A stretch of 64,000 nt of DNA, taken from assembly GCA_964016885.1 (NCBI GenBank), contig OZ024740.1:261950001-262014000 (forward strand). Reading direction: 5' to 3'. The notes under the pieces were generated by a model. The model was given only the letters and a program-made list of their open reading frames with translations, was not told where the DNA came from and ran no database searches. This DNA comes from Eledone cirrhosa. Lineage: Eukaryota. Shown one piece after another: positions 49,237 to 63,999 of this stretch. A program made the translations under genes and the position numbers. The stretch's first letter is position 1. Each line of letters starts with the position of its first letter.

Positions 49237-49295
<59 letters not shown>

Positions 49296-49577
49296 TAAGT
49301 ATACCTACATTGACTGAGTTATGCATAAGCACACACGCCTATAATTAGAAGACATACACACATAAATATTCATATCGTTACACTCAGACATTCTTTGATT
49401 ACTAGTGCTGAAATGATGTTCATTATTCAATTGGTTCTTACAATCACTTTGTGTAGGGTATAGAAGTGGGTAAATTATCTTTTTTTTTACAAATTACACT
49501 ATACCTTAAGATGCGAAGACAGGAAAATACATGTAATTAAGGACTATATTGTTCTTGTATGTATTTAATGATTATAC

Positions 49578-49716
<139 letters not shown>

Positions 49717-49966
49717 GCATACATATATGTTCTTATTTATTTACATTCATATATTTATATACATTATCTAGCACCATTTTTTAAATCAAAAGTTTAATTT
49801 TTATGATACTATCTTGAAATGTATAATTAACAGACCCTAAAGTTTATAACATCGCAGTGATTATTTTTCCATTAGCTGTGACACAAAAATAGTTTTTGCA
49901 CATAAGTTTCAAATTTGCTTTTTTTGCGTTTCCCTAGCATGCTTGTGTATATTACTGTAAATCTAA

Positions 49967-50063
49967 GTATGCATGTATGTATGTATGTATGTATGTATGT
50001 ATGTATGTATGTATGTATGTATGTATGTATGTATGTATGTATGTATGTATGCATGTATGTATG

Positions 50064-50097
<34 letters not shown>

Positions 50098-50190
50098 TGT
50101 ATGTATGTATGTATGTATCTATGTATGTATGTATGTATGTATGTATGTATGTATGTATGTATGTATGTATGCATTTATGTATGTATGTAT
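49967..50190. repeat. (ATGT)n tetranucleotide repeat
   Basis: Direct reading. Confidence 0.95.
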
Positions 50191-50479
50191 TTATTCCTGC
50201 GTTTGCATTTCTCTGAGATTGAACACGAAATACAGTGAAAAATATGATCATATTTGTTTTAACATAAAAACATAATACATTTATATTTTTATTAAATGTT
50301 ACACAAGCGAAAAAAATATCATCTTAGGACGAATATTGTTAATTAAATTCACTGAAACGTTTTTTTCCATCCTCTAAATCAACGGGCTGAGTATAAATTT
50401 ATACATACATAAATATTGACATGTTCACACACATAAACACACACACTAACACTCTCGCACAACACACACGCCCCCCCCC

Positions 50480-50688
<209 letters not shown>

Positions 50689-51177
50689 ACATGACATTTG
50701 CTATAGAGTACCTTGTGTAAAAATTGTTAGAATATCAAAGAGAAAATAAGTTTTTAAAAAATGGAACAACACAAACTATCACCACTTAATTGCATAATGC
50801 TTTTCAATAGGAAAAAAAGTTAATATCTAAAGAGATAAGTTTGTGAAATTTTCACGATATTTATCTGTGTTGTTAATAGGTTTGTAAAATTCTATATCTT
50901 TTATGGACAGAATCACAGATTAACAGCAGATTGAGAATAATGTATTATGTTTCTAGTCAATTATTTTCAGAAAGCAACTTGGAAAATATATTGAATAAAA
51001 TGTGTATTTTGTGGGAGGACGGTGTTTTATTGAATCTATTAAATATACACTGTTGAGCTGTTGAGTTTACTATAATATTCATTTTAACATTGTCCACTAA
51101 TATCGCCAGTCACTCATTGTTTCTTTCTGTGTTTCTGTCTCTTACGACACACAGACACATACACACAGACACACACA

Positions 51178-51269
<92 letters not shown>

Positions 51270-51302
51270 TATAACACAGGCACACACATACACATCAGTG
51301 CG

Positions 51303-51580
51303 TGAAGGAGTGTAGCTTTGTGCTTATGGTATTCGGCTCACAATCATAATGTTGTGAGTTAGATTGTTGGCGGCGCGTTGTGTCCTGGAGGAAGACACTT
51401 TATTTCACGTTGATCCTGTCCACTCATCTGGCAAAAATGAGTTGTACCTGTTATTCGAAGGTCCTGTCTTGTCACGCGTGTCTGTGGAATGCTCAGTCAC
51501 TTGCCCGTTAATACCATGAGCAGGCAGTTCCGCTGATCGTATCAACTGGAACACTCGTCCTCATAACCGACGGGGCAACA
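51303..51580 (+). mobile_element. SINE family B
   Basis: tRNA-like head, gttgtgtcctggaggaagacactttatttcacgttg core. Confidence 0.72.
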
Positions 51581-51590
51581 TTATATATAA

Positions 51591-51778
51591 AGGGCGGTGG
51601 ATTGGCAGTATCGGTAGAGGGTCGGACATGCTTTCCAGCATAGTTACGTCCCTTTACAGTCTGAGTTCAAATCCCGCAGAGGTTAACTTTGCCTTTCATC
51701 TTTACGGGGTCGATAAAATAAAGTACCAGTAATGTACTGGGTATTTGCTGGCCTTGTGCCTAAAGTAGAAACAATTAT
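51591..51778 (+). mobile_element. SINE family A, full length
   Basis: Near identical to 32427-32612. Confidence 0.92.
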
Positions 51779-51779
51779 A

Positions 51780-52110
51780 TACTGGTATAATTTGGGAGGG
51801 TTATGCTGCCAATAAAAACACACCCACTTGTTGGTTTTCACTTCAACTCATTACAAGTTTCCGGTTGGTTGTTTCAATAACCGGATGGTTGTTTATATAT
51901 TGGCAAAGCTCTTTCGTAACACATACTTTGTCCCTAGTGACTGATTTCTTATTTTATGTCCCTTCTTTGTTCTGTACTACACAATCCTGTTTTTTGTGTG
52001 TTGTATCACTACACACAGAAACAAAATGGTGTTGGACAGAACAAAGGAGAGACATGAAATAAGTAATCAGTCACTGAAGAGGTCACAGAATACGTGACGA
52101 AAGTACTGTT
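51780..52110. mobile_element. Head-to-head pair of the hammerhead-bearing element seen at 46581-46934
   Basis: 51780-52003 is a minus copy and 52010-52110 a plus copy with agtcaCTGAAGAggtcac..gtgacGAAAgtact. Confidence 0.75.
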
Positions 52111-52353
52111 TGTATGGACACAAAAGGGATTGCATATTTTACAAATTGGTTTCCAAACTATTTACAAACTGGAGAAGGGTGGGAGAACGGAAATTTTAAT
52201 ATGTCGATTGTAATGGGTGTTTTTGCTTGAATTTAAAGGATACAAAAATGTTAAATATCAATACGTATTACATATGCCCAGCTGAGGAGGATTTACTAGA
52301 AAATCCGCTGATACATAGTTCCTTTCAAAAAACCGTACCCCACTCCACACACA

Positions 52354-52405
<52 letters not shown>

Positions 52406-53876
52406 GGTTACAGTATCGTAAGAGAGGATAGAAAGAAGAGATATAAAGAGGTGCGATACAGAATATTACATGCCAAAAGCAGATGCTGGACCCCAGCAAC
52501 TGAATAACCACTATAGTACCTGAGGCTCTCAACACCGCACCCTGGCCTGATCTGCCGGTGGAAGGTTTACCATTGTACATCGTAGAATAACACCACCATC
52601 TACCCACTGTTTACCCACCAGGAAGCTGCACAGCACATATTCAGTCAGGCCCACCCCGCTATATTCTTCCTCTTGGCCGGACCAAGTTTAAGTAATCTTA
52701 TGAACTTGCTGTAACTTCTTAGATGAATTGATCATATGAATATACAACTTCGATCCAAATTGACATTATTTTTCTAGGCCTTCAAATTCTCACCCGCTTG
52801 CATTAGGTATACCCGTGTACAGTGTTTAACGACTTTACCAACAGTCCATCATATTCACACCTAAACACGGCATCATTTATACTGAGTTGACCCACACCGC
52901 ATATGTTAATTCCTTTTAAATAAAAAAAAAGATTTTTTTTTCTATAGCTGGTACTGGTCATAAGTTATGCAGTAAACGTTCTATGGACACCGGTAATTAC
53001 CTCCCTTAGCGAATTATACCCCTTTTTTGTTTTGCTCCATGTGATAGAGATATTAACTATGTATTCGCCTAACTACTACGCTTCATATTGTAATTTACCC
53101 TCCGTTCTACTGTACGGTTCTATCGTTCAATATGTAGATAATATATCTGTAGCATTGATCTCCCTTTCAAAACTTCTTACTATAACTTAAACATCTCCCT
53201 ATTTATGAGTTATTATATGTACATATATTTTTTTACTTACTTCAATCTAGATTCTAACTTGTAATTTTTTTAATTTTTGATTTTTGATTTTTAATTTTTA
53301 GTGTTAATTTCCAACTCTCATTCATAATTTCCACTGTAAAACCCTAATACCTAGAAATAAGTATATATTCTCTTAGCGGTTGATGGTCAATTCTACTGTC
53401 CATGCTTAATTTAGGGGTAGTATTGAGACCTATTGATACTCATTCTCTCCCACCCCCACTAGCTTTCGGCCGGCTGCCACTAACAGGGTGACTAGCAGTA
53501 AACTATACCCGTGTCATATTATAGGCCTGGATGCGGTCATTGTTTGGTTGAGAGGGGGACCTGCCTAGGTGAGTTTCGTAGAACTCTGCGGTAGTTGATG
53601 GTCAACTTCCTTCGGACTTGCGCCTGCGCAGACCGGTGGGGGTGAATTGGGACTCACAAGGGAACGGGCGAAGAACTCAAGAGCACACGCTTTGTCCGTT
53701 CCCATGCCGATTCAATTTGGATTGCCTCGGAAACATAACCTTATTATGTAAGAAGAAGCTGTCTGATGATGTCACGGCACTGGGCGCACCGAACCGTGTC
53801 GCCACTGTCGTCATTGAAATATGTATCACAGCATCATCATTAAAGGACCATAACATCTGACACTACTTCGCTTTTT

Positions 53877-53939
<63 letters not shown>

Positions 53940-54174
53940 GAGCCATAATGTTTGTGAATGTCAGATGTAGATATTCATAATTCCTTTGTTCATAATCAGT
54001 CTTGATAATTTTTTTCTCTGGAATTCATGATTACGCGATACTCTGATCACGCTACCACAAACGCGACGTCATCAGACAGGTTCTTGACTGATAAGTTAGT
54101 TATATTGCTAATGAAATACAAGCTATTGCCAAGGGCTCGTTCCTTTGTGAGTTGTGCGCAGAAGTAGAAGTAGT

Positions 54175-57100
54175 TGAAGAGGAGCCGTTGAACTTTGGCG
54201 AGGCACGAATCGGGAGCTAGATACAACGTTTAGGCGGTAGTAGATGACAGTCGCAATGTACGCGTTCGCTACCTCCACCTGATTTTTCAGAAACAGCTTC
54301 CTCTCGGCCCATTTCTGGCAGAGAGTGGCTAAATTGATTGTCGCCACGTCCCAATTCTTATCCACCAGTAGGTCTGTTCCGAACCAAACCCGACCAACTT
54401 TACCGGTCCATCAGGGCCCGAGGATGCTGTTGGACGGCATGGATTTGCTCCTCCACGTGCCGAGCAATAAGTCCCCGACTTTTCCGTGTTTAGTTGCGCT
54501 CCCATCAACCTTTCATATTCCTCCAATAAGGTGCTGACCACCTCGATTTCCGTGGTGTCCGACACCATCACGCTGATGTCGTCCGCATAAGCCGACACAG
54601 CCTTTCCGCGTCCCGGTTCGAGTGGGATGCCCTGCAACAGCTCCATCTTCCGCAGTAAAGGCTCAAAGAGTCAATATGTACAGAAGGGAGGAGAGAGGGA
54701 ACCCTTGATGTACCAATCATGCGATCTAAAACGGTTCCGAAATTTGGCTATTAACTTTGACCACCGAGCAGATGGCGCTGTGCATTGCAGCGATCATGCC
54801 TCTGAAGACGGCACCAAAGCCAACTGCCTTGAGGACAGCCTTTAGGTATAGATGTTCGACCCTATCGAAAGCTTTCGATTAATCTAAATTGATCAGATGC
54901 CAGGTTTACAGCCTACCCACTCTATAATATATCGCATGAGTTGGAGGTTGTCGTGTATTGAGCTAGTCGGGATTGCCTCCCCTACCAAATGCTCGACGAC
55001 AAGTGCGAACCTCCTCGCTAACACCTTGGCCGTAATCTTAAACTCTGTGCGTTCAGCAGAGTTATGGGCCCAAAGTTGTCTAATGTATCCCTCGTGTTCT
55101 CGTCTTTCCTCATCAGCATCACTACGCAGCGGCTCACAGAACTGGGAATATTTCCGTTCTGCTGCCAGTTGCAATAGAGCGCTTCGAGGTGTTCTTTGTA
55201 AAGCTCGTAGGGCAGACCATCCAAACCGGGTGACTTGCGCCTCGTGCAGCCAAATAGGACATTCTGAATTCCGACCGAAGTTATCGGCATTTCACTGCGC
55301 TCAGCATCGGCGTCTAGAGACGCAGTAGGCCGTCGAGGTAGGGACTGAAGTCCGCAACCGTCTCAAATGCGCCACTTGCCACGAACAGCCGAGCAAAGTG
55401 CTGGTGAAATACTTCATACATCTGACTGTAATCGTTCAGCTCGCATCCTTCTCGGTCCGTCAAAGACAGAACTGTGCTTTTGTTACCACGCCGCGCCTTT
55501 GCCACGTTTGCCCATCGAACAACTTTGGTTCCCTCGTTTCTTAGAGCACACGCCTTAACTCTGAAAATGCAGCCTTCATGTTTCGCATTGAAGAAAGAGT
55601 CTAATGTCATTCTCGCCGCTAACATGTCAGTCACAATGCCACTACAAATAGCCGCATCTAATTTAGCTACCAGCTCCCCCCCATTTCTACTTTTCTGTAT
55701 CTAGAGACCTGAGATCGTTGAGCAGGTGACCCTGCTTCCAGGAGGACCCCTGGCCAGGGATATTTACCCATCCTACTCTTAAAATCACCATGTTGGCAGG
55801 CTAAAAGAGAGGCTTTGTGGACGTCGGGTGGTCCGACCTTCATGGTTGGTGGGGTTTTATCTGGGAACCCCTTTAAAAGTGTAGATGTGGGTTTCGCGTT
55901 CGGGGTTCCCACGTCCCGAGGAAAGCTCTTTCTGATTTTTTGTAGGCACTGAGCGACATGCGTGCGATTGAAAGATCATCCGATACGAGAAATGTGTTGT
56001 TGCCGAACATTTACCCTCCTTTTCTATATCTTGCCTTTGTGCTATGAGGGCCATCAATTCCTCGTTGGCTCTTCTTAAAAGCACGAAGTTGTGTGTTATG
56101 TCACGTTCATCTGTTTGCGTTTGGAGGATTGTAGTGGTGATGTTTTTTTGTGTTGTTTTGTGTGTGTCTATGTTTGTGGTGAGGGCGGTGTCTGATTTCA
56201 GCTGTCTATGGGTGTTTTTTGTTCGTGTTTGCATTGGTTGTTTACGTTTGGGGGATTATGGTGATGGTGTTGGTGATGTTAGTGTTGTTACGAAAGTACT
56301 TGAGTTTGCTGTGTGGCTAGGATCTGGATTTTCTGTTGTGATGTGTGGAATTTCTTTTTGTGTGTTTTCTATTTAGAATCTTTTTGGGATTAGGCTTTGC
56401 TCCGTCTTCACTACTGGAAGATGAGGGGCCTGTGTCTGTAAAAGCGTTTATGTTTGTGTACTTCTTGTGTTTGTGTGTCCATGTGAGTATTTTGGGGTGA
56501 AGAGGGAATGGGAGAGCTTTCCTCGCTTCCCCTCTGGGTGGCCAAAGCTGGTGGTAGCGTTACCGGTGGTGTTGCTGCTGCTGGCCTTGCCGATGCTGGT
56601 ATTGGCGGTGGTCCTCTCCCCGTCGTCGAAAGCAGTGAAGACGTACGACTCCTTGCATTTTTCAGAAGTTGAGGGCTGAAGGCTCGCAAATGCATTGTTT
56701 CATCGCAGACGAAAGAATGCGGCCTTTTCCCCTCGGTCATTCTTTGTACTACCGTCCCATTCTGGAGACGGGTGTGGTCCGGGATTTTTTTAACATATTC
56801 GGGCCTGCTCTGGAGAAGTATCTCCAGGTCAACCCCAGACCAGTCCTCACTAGCAGTCCTCATAACCTCGATCGGGTCCGTATCTCTCCCCTCCGCAATC
56901 ATGCATCCCAGGCGCCACCACATGTCTAGTCTTGGAACAATCCCGGGAATGCGGACACGACCATAATCATTTTGCACGGAGGTCATCGCGTGTTTCATAG
57001 CGAGGGCTTCTGACTTAAACAGCACCGAAATGGTGCCGTATTGTCTGTCCCTCGCCATGAGCTCGGTGTCATCCCAGGTACATCTCAGTGCAGCTTCAAT

Positions 57101-57932
57101 GTCGGCTAGGGTAATTATTGCCGCTTTTTTCGTCTCGGCTAAAATACATCTGAAATGCACCGTTCTTCTCGCTACCGTTTTTGTAGCTTCCGCCGGGACA
57201 GTTAAGTTGGCCCAGGTTTGCTCTTTTTTGATGAGCTTCCAGGTTTGGGCTAAATGTTTCTTTTTCTCGCTGAGGTTCATGCTGAAGCAAGGTCTTTGCT
57301 GGCTGCTGCCACAGCGAAAGTGTTTTGTTATAGATGTTCTTTTTGGCCTTGTCGTTGTTGTCACTGTTGCCGTTGTTGTTGATGTTTTTGTCGTTGTTGT
57401 TGCTGGTGTTGTTGCTGTTGTCGCTGTTGCAGTTGGCGTTATCTTTGGTGCCGCTGTTGTTGTTTACGATGTTGCAGTTGGTGTTGTTTTTCACTTCGTT
57501 GTTGCTCTTGGTTTTGTTACCGTTGTTTGCTTTACTTGTTTCACTGTTGCTATTATTACTGTCGTTGTTCATGTTGTTCGTGTTGGTGTTGCTAAATTTG
57601 TGGTTGCATGTTGTGTTTGTAATAATTACTTTTTCACTTGTGTTCACAATAGTGCTCATGTTGTTGCCATATCCCTCCTCTCAACGTTTAAGTCGCCGTC
57701 ACAAGACGGCAGATTCAATGTTGGGGGATGTTGCTGAGCCATTTTTACAATTTGTTAACACAAACTTCAAATATTTGGACCAAAAGGCCAAATATTATAG
57801 AGTTTCCTTTTCACAGGGCATATATACACTTCTTATGACCCCCTTTGTCACAAAATATACAACAATTATTTGCCAAAAATTTGAGAAATCTCATGCAGCT
57901 CACAAAATCACGTCCGCTCCGTCCGGCAACCA
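54175..57932 (-). mobile_element. Tx1-like element (copy 3): 5' end present, 3' end lost, APE domain deleted
   Basis: ORF1 fragments 57096-57659, 56411-57364, 55857-56234; ORF2 start ~55791; RT fragments including AYADD at 54329-54646. Confidence 0.87.
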
Positions 57933-57944
57933 ATAATAGTAATG

Positions 57945-58120
57945 ATAATTGTTTCTACTTTAAGCACAAGGCCAACAATTTGAAGGGAAGGGGAAAGTCG
58001 ATTAAAGCGACCTCAGTGCATTACTGGTGCGTTATTTTATCGACCCCGTAAGGATAAAAAGCAAAGCTAACCTCGGCGGGATTTGAACTCAGAACATAAA
58101 GGGCCGTAACTCTCCGCCAA
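57945..58120 (-). mobile_element. SINE family A variant, 5'-truncated
   Basis: B box, core and tail present on the minus strand. Confidence 0.8.
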
Positions 58121-58142
58121 TAATAATAGTAATAATATAAAT

Positions 58143-58329
58143 AATTGTTTCTACCTTTGGTACAAGGCTAGCAATACCCAGTGCATTACTGGTACTTTAT
58201 TTTATCGACCCCGTAAGGATGAAAGGCAAAGTTAACCTCGGCGGGATTTGAACTCAGATCGTAAAGGGACGTAACTATGCTGGAAAGCATGGCGTCCGAC
58301 GCTCTACCGATACTGCGAATCCACCGCCT
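58143..58329 (-). mobile_element. SINE family A, full length
   Basis: Reverse complement of the consensus. Confidence 0.92.
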
Positions 58330-58363
58330 TTATAATAATAATATAAATAATAATAATAATAAT

Positions 58364-61089
58364 GATTTCATTTATTAGCCACAAGGGCCGACATGTAGGG
58401 GACAATACAAAGACAGGGACAGTGGGGGTTTACAATAAGGTCGAGTAAAAGTGCACAATGGCAAGACTAATTTAACAATGAAGGTATAACAAATATAAAA
58501 TAAACTACGCATAAATATAACAAAATAAATTCCCCTATAGGGGGTGGCCGACCCAGAGGTGACTCAGGTACCCCACCAATCCTGAACCACCCTGCGCTTC
58601 TAGGGCATCCCAGGGAGAGCACCCATCTCCTCAAGTTAGCTAGCCTATAGGCGCATGGTCAGAGTAGGCCCATTCACACGGGCTATTCTCGCCACATTCA
58701 TCCTCCTTTTAGCAAATGTACTGCGGGGCATCACTTCTCTCTCCACCCTCACCTTCCTTTCCAGGTGAAACTTGAAGAAGTTGATGAGGGATTGGCCGAA
58801 GAGAAAATTGTCTGTCTTCAGTCCTTTTAATCTGGTCCACCATATAACCACTTTCGCAACGGCCATCAGACAGAGGAAAATTGTCTGCTCTTCCTGACCT
58901 AAGGAAGGCGGTGGGTCGATCTTCACTATGGACTCGGCCGATACCCGGATCCGTTCAACACGCGACAGTAGTTGTTCGACATAACTCAACAAGTCAGTAA
59001 TGCACGGACATTGGATAAGTGCGTGCAGAACGGTTTCGTCGTTCTGTGCGCATCTTGGGCAGGTCCATCTGACAGCACTTCCGTGCCTGTAGAGTTTATC
59101 CCGAAACGGAAGTGCCCCCCGTTAGCGCATGCCAAGCGAGGGATTTCTGGAAATTGTCCATCGTCCCCGGCTCGAAAGTCCTCCGGTACAGACTGGTCAG
59201 TTCGACTTCGTCGAGGCCCAAAGTTTCTCCGAGTGCGTCATCACACTTGCCCACCACTAATCCTCTATAGAACTCGAGAGTGGAAGTTCCACTGACCGCA
59301 TTGCCCGCTTGGTAGAGGGCAGTGAGTGCCTGGCAATATTCCAGGTGCTAGTCACCCAGTCTCGGTCTCTTCTCGACCTAGGACTGCAGCTCAGTCAAAG
59401 AAACGAGCTGCAGAAAGGCCCGTCTGATAAATGGCGACTACACCTGTTCACCGTTTAGGCAGAATATCTGGAAATGTCGCAGCCTCAGCGCATATTTGCT
59501 CATCATTAGCCACGGCATGCCCAGCCCTCCGCGTAGAGGGTGCTGGCAGCAGATGGACCGCCTCACCAACGGAACTTGTCCTTTCCACAAGAATTTGAAG
59601 AGGAGACTTTTCATCTTGAAGATGCGCAGACGGGGGCAAGGCACTTCGGTCAGGCGGTAGTAGAGGACTGATGCGATGACGCAATCGCCACCTCCGCGCT
59701 ACCTTTCAGTGATAGCTTCCTCCCAGCCCATTTTTGTGTGAGACTGGCTACTCTGCTCGTTACCTCGTCCCAATTCTTTTCCACCTGGAGGTCTAGTCCG
59801 AACCAAACCCCGAGCAACTTTACCGGTCCGTCCGTCCAGCGCCCCACGACGCTGTTGGACGGCATATGCTTGCCTCTCCAGGTTCCGAGCTGCAAGCCCA
59901 CCGACCTTTCCAGGTTAAGTTTGGCTGCTGTGAACCTTTCATATTCCTTCTATAAGGTGCCGACCACCTCGATTTCTGAGGTGCCCGACACCATCACGGT
60001 GATGTCGCCCGCATAAGCCGACACAGACTTTCCGCGTCCCGGTTCAAGCGGGATGCCCTGCAACAGCTCCAGCTTCCGCAGTAAAGGCTCGAGAGTCAAT
60101 ACGTATAGAAGGGAAGAGAGAGGGCACCCTTGACGGACCGATCGGGAGAGCCGAAATGGTTCCGAGAGGTGGCCATCAACCTTGACCACCGAGAGTATGC
60201 CTCTGTGCATTGCAGCGATCCAGCTTCTGAAGACAGGGCCGAAGCCACCTGCTTTGAGGACAAACTCCAAATACCGATGATTGATCCTATCGAATGCTTT
60301 CGATTGATCTAAATTGATCAGTGCCCCACCGAAGCCAGGTTTACACCCTACCCTCTCTATGATGTAAGCATGAGGTGGAGATTGTCGTGTATGGACCTAG
60401 CTGGGATTGCGCAAGTTAGCGCCTCCACAACCAAATCTTCGACGACAAGCGCCAATCTCTTTGCTAACACCTTGGCCAAAATCTTAAACTCTGTGTTGAG
60501 CAGAGTTATGGGCCTGAAGTTGTCTAATGTGTCCCTCTTGTTCTCGTTTTTCCTTATCAGCATCACCATCCCCTTGCTCACAGAACTGGGAATACTCACA
60601 TTCAGCTGCCATTGCAGTAAAGTGCTTCGAGGAGATCGGAGACCAAGTCTGGCCTATTTACGTAAAGCTCGTAGGGCAGGCCATCCAAACCGGGTGACTT
60701 GCGCCTCATGCAGCCGACAAGGGCGTCCTGAATTTCGGCTGAAGTAATCGGCCTTTCGCAGCGCTCAGCGTAGACCGTCGAGAGTTGCGGCAAGCCGTCA
60801 AGGCAAGGACTGAAATCCGCTAATCTCTCTGACTCGCCACTCTCCCCGAACAACCGAGCAATGTGCTGGCGAAAGGCCTCACACATCCGCTTCGAATCGC
60901 TTATCTAGTGTCCGTCTCGGTCCGCCAAAGACCGAATTGTGGTTTTATTACCACGCTGCGCCCCACCACGCGGGCCCATCGAACAGCTTTGGTTCCCTCG
61001 TTTCTCAGCGCACGCGCCTTAGCTCTGACAATACAATCTTCGTGTTTCGCATTGAAGAAATGGTCTAATGCCATTCTCACCGCTAGCAC
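58364..61089 (-). mobile_element. Tx1-like element (copy 4), 5'-truncated
   Basis: Colinear with 7095-9710; RT fragments; AATAAA and (ATT)n tail. Confidence 0.9.
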
Positions 61090-61093
61090 ATAA

Positions 61094-61313
61094 TAAAAGG
61101 ATTTGGGACTGCCATGAAATCAAGGTCATCCTGATTGTCATAGGTGCACTAGGTACTATCTCAAAGAGTTTCCAAGGATGGTTAAAGAAGATTAGTCCAG
61201 CTCCGCTTTTTGGAACAACATACGTCCTGAATATCTGAGGCTGCAGGTAGAGGCTTGATATTCATTTCAACAAACTTTCCAGTTAACTAACATCAATGAC
61301 TGAGACTCGAAGA
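61094..61313 (+). mobile_element. Dong-like 3' fragment
   Basis: Matches the end of the ORF and the 3'UTR, with a small deletion; (AAT)n tail. Confidence 0.88.
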
Positions 61314-61621
61314 ACAATAATAATAATAATGAATATTTTATTGAGTTTTATGTTCATTTATTATAATAATAATGTTTGAAACATCGATGTTATTTGGGAT
61401 GAACGAGAGTAATAAATACAGGGGGTAACATAAAATCAAAGAAAGCTGACATATTAAAACATAAAACTAGACTATATTTCTTAGAACTAAGCAATCAAAA
61501 ATACTGGCTTACTATTACTGGTAACTATAAATAATTAATATACGACGTTATCAACTGGAGAAGAAGAAATCTGTATTAACTTGAAGAGAAGAAAATCTCA
61601 AATAAACTGTTGATGAAAAAC

Positions 61622-61685
<64 letters not shown>

Positions 61686-62672
61686 GTTATGTCTCCAACG
61701 CATAAATGTTGCTGTCTCAGGTTTCACATATATATATTTGTGTGTTTGTATGTATATATATAATATATATATCTATAACTTTCATTTATATATAATATAT
61801 ATATATGTATGCATGTGTATTCAAATATATATATATATATATATATATACATTGACTTACGCACACATACACACGCAATTCTAACATATAAAGAGAAACC
61901 AATTTTTCATTTTATGTGGTCAAACGGACTCCACCAGACGGAAATGATATATAACAATAATAATAACAATGGCAGTAGGCAGAATACAAACGTTTTGCCA
62001 AAAATGACTTGTAATAATTGTCAGTCAAACCTGCTATTTATTCTTACATTTTCATTATTGTTGACTTGAGTGTGTTTTCTTTGAAAGGAGATATAGCTGC
62101 CAGAAGTATGGTTATTGATTAGAAAGTTATGCAGACTTAAGAAGTAATAAATACGTGTTATATGAATTGTTTTACTTCATGAGAGAACACCATATGGCTA
62201 TAGGCGTAGTTTTGGCTTACTAGATAACATCTTTACTCGGCTATATATATATATATTAATACTCCCCCCCCCCCCCCATATATATATATATATATAAGAT
62301 GCTAACGATTTTCCGGATCAGCACGATGAGATGATGCTTCTAAGCTTTTAATGAACTTTTCGTCCAGACAGAAATTTGATTTTTTTTTAGCAATAGATAG
62401 ATACAAACAAATATATAGTCTTCTATTCAACATCTATGTCTATGTATTTCTACTTCTTTTTCTTTTTGTCCCTTCCTCTTCCTTGCGAATATATATTCAT
62501 ATGTAGAGAGAGAGAGAGAGATAGAGATAGAGAGAGAGAGAGCGAGCGAGAGGAGGGTGGGGTGGGGAGAAAGATGCGCTTTTGTATGTTTTAGGAAATA
62601 TATATATATATGTACAGACACACACACACACACACACACATATACATATATATATATATATATATATTTATA

Positions 62673-62856
62673 TAATTGTTTCAACTTTTGGCACAAGGCC
62701 AGCAAATACCCAGTACATTACTGGTACTTTATTTTATCGACCTCGTAAGGATGAAAGGCAAAGTTAACCTTGACGGGATTTAAACTGTAAAGGGACGTAA
62801 CTATGCTGGAAAGCTTGGCGTCCGACCCTCCATCGATACTGCCAATTCACCGCCCT
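62673..62856 (-). mobile_element. SINE family A, full length
   Basis: Reverse complement of the consensus, in a TA context. Confidence 0.9.
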
Positions 62857-63038
62857 TATATATATTTATATAATGTATGTGATTCATATATATATATATG
62901 ATATATGTGCATGAAAATGTCTATGTATGCCGAAATATATTCATGTATTTATATGAAATTGTATCTATCCATACACATACATACACACAAACTCATACTT
63001 ACACAAACGCACATTCACAGATAAACACACACCCCCTC

Positions 63039-63127
<89 letters not shown>

Positions 63128-63588
63128 GAAATATTGCATGCTTTACGTGTTCTTACGTATGTACTACATACTTACATAATTACACCATAAATATATATTT
63201 ACATATGCATAGGAACATACATATTATGAAACAATTCAAGTATGAGTGATATTGCGACTATGTGCCTTTATGTGTATATATAATTAGATTCGTGTACAGT
63301 TTGTGGTATATCAATATCGATACATATTATATGCATATAAGCAACAGTCGATTTGTATATCAGACTTTTTGTATTTTCCTTCTTTTTTTTTGGGGGGGGG
63401 GGGTATATATGTAAATATATTGGAGCAAATTAGCATACGCATATTTATCTACAATATTTCTGTATGCAACGATGTGTATATTGAATGTTATGTAATTTTT
63501 ATTTATGAGAATGATAAAAGCGTTATGTAAGTTGCTTGTGGTGCGTGGTATGGTTTGATGTATACAATATTGTATGGACGCAGTATGT

Positions 63589-63999
63589 TCAAATGGCTAG
63601 AAAGTTCCTATCGCAATCATTAGGCTCCAGGTTCAACATCTCTGCGTAGATTCTGGGACTAGTGTCATCTATCATAGCTTTCGATTGACTAAAGTGTTTC
63701 GAATAAAACTGGAAAGCTAGAAACTCATTGGATGCATAAGGTGTGTATGGCATACCCCTTTCATTCAAAGGAGCACTCTTGTCCCACTGAGTGTTTTGCT
63801 GGTCCGCGCTGAAATTTAGTTTAAGCGAACAATTGGCAGTGGAATCACCAGTCACTAGCACGGTAATATCACGAACAGGAGGTTCTGATGTTCGAACCTC
63901 AAAACCAACGGAACTCCATTCCCAGGAATACTGCGTGCGTGTGAGGACGAATTTAGGAAAGCAATGATGTTTGGAAATGATTGCTATATGTGAGCATCT
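63589..63999 (-). CDS. Candidate terminal exon of an unidentified host gene (open to the window edge)
   Basis: 137 stop-free codons (RCSHIAIISKHHCFPKFV...CDRNFLAI*), non-repetitive with balanced composition, followed by AT-rich sequence; no family recognised. Confidence 0.4.
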   Translation of the reverse strand, partial: RCSHIAIISKHHCFPKFVLTRTQYSWEWSSVGFEVRTSEPPVRDITVLVTGDSTANCSLKLNFSADQQNTQWDKSAPLNERGMPYTPYASNEFLAFQFYSKHFSQSKAMIDDTSPRIYAEMLNLEPNDCDRNFLAI

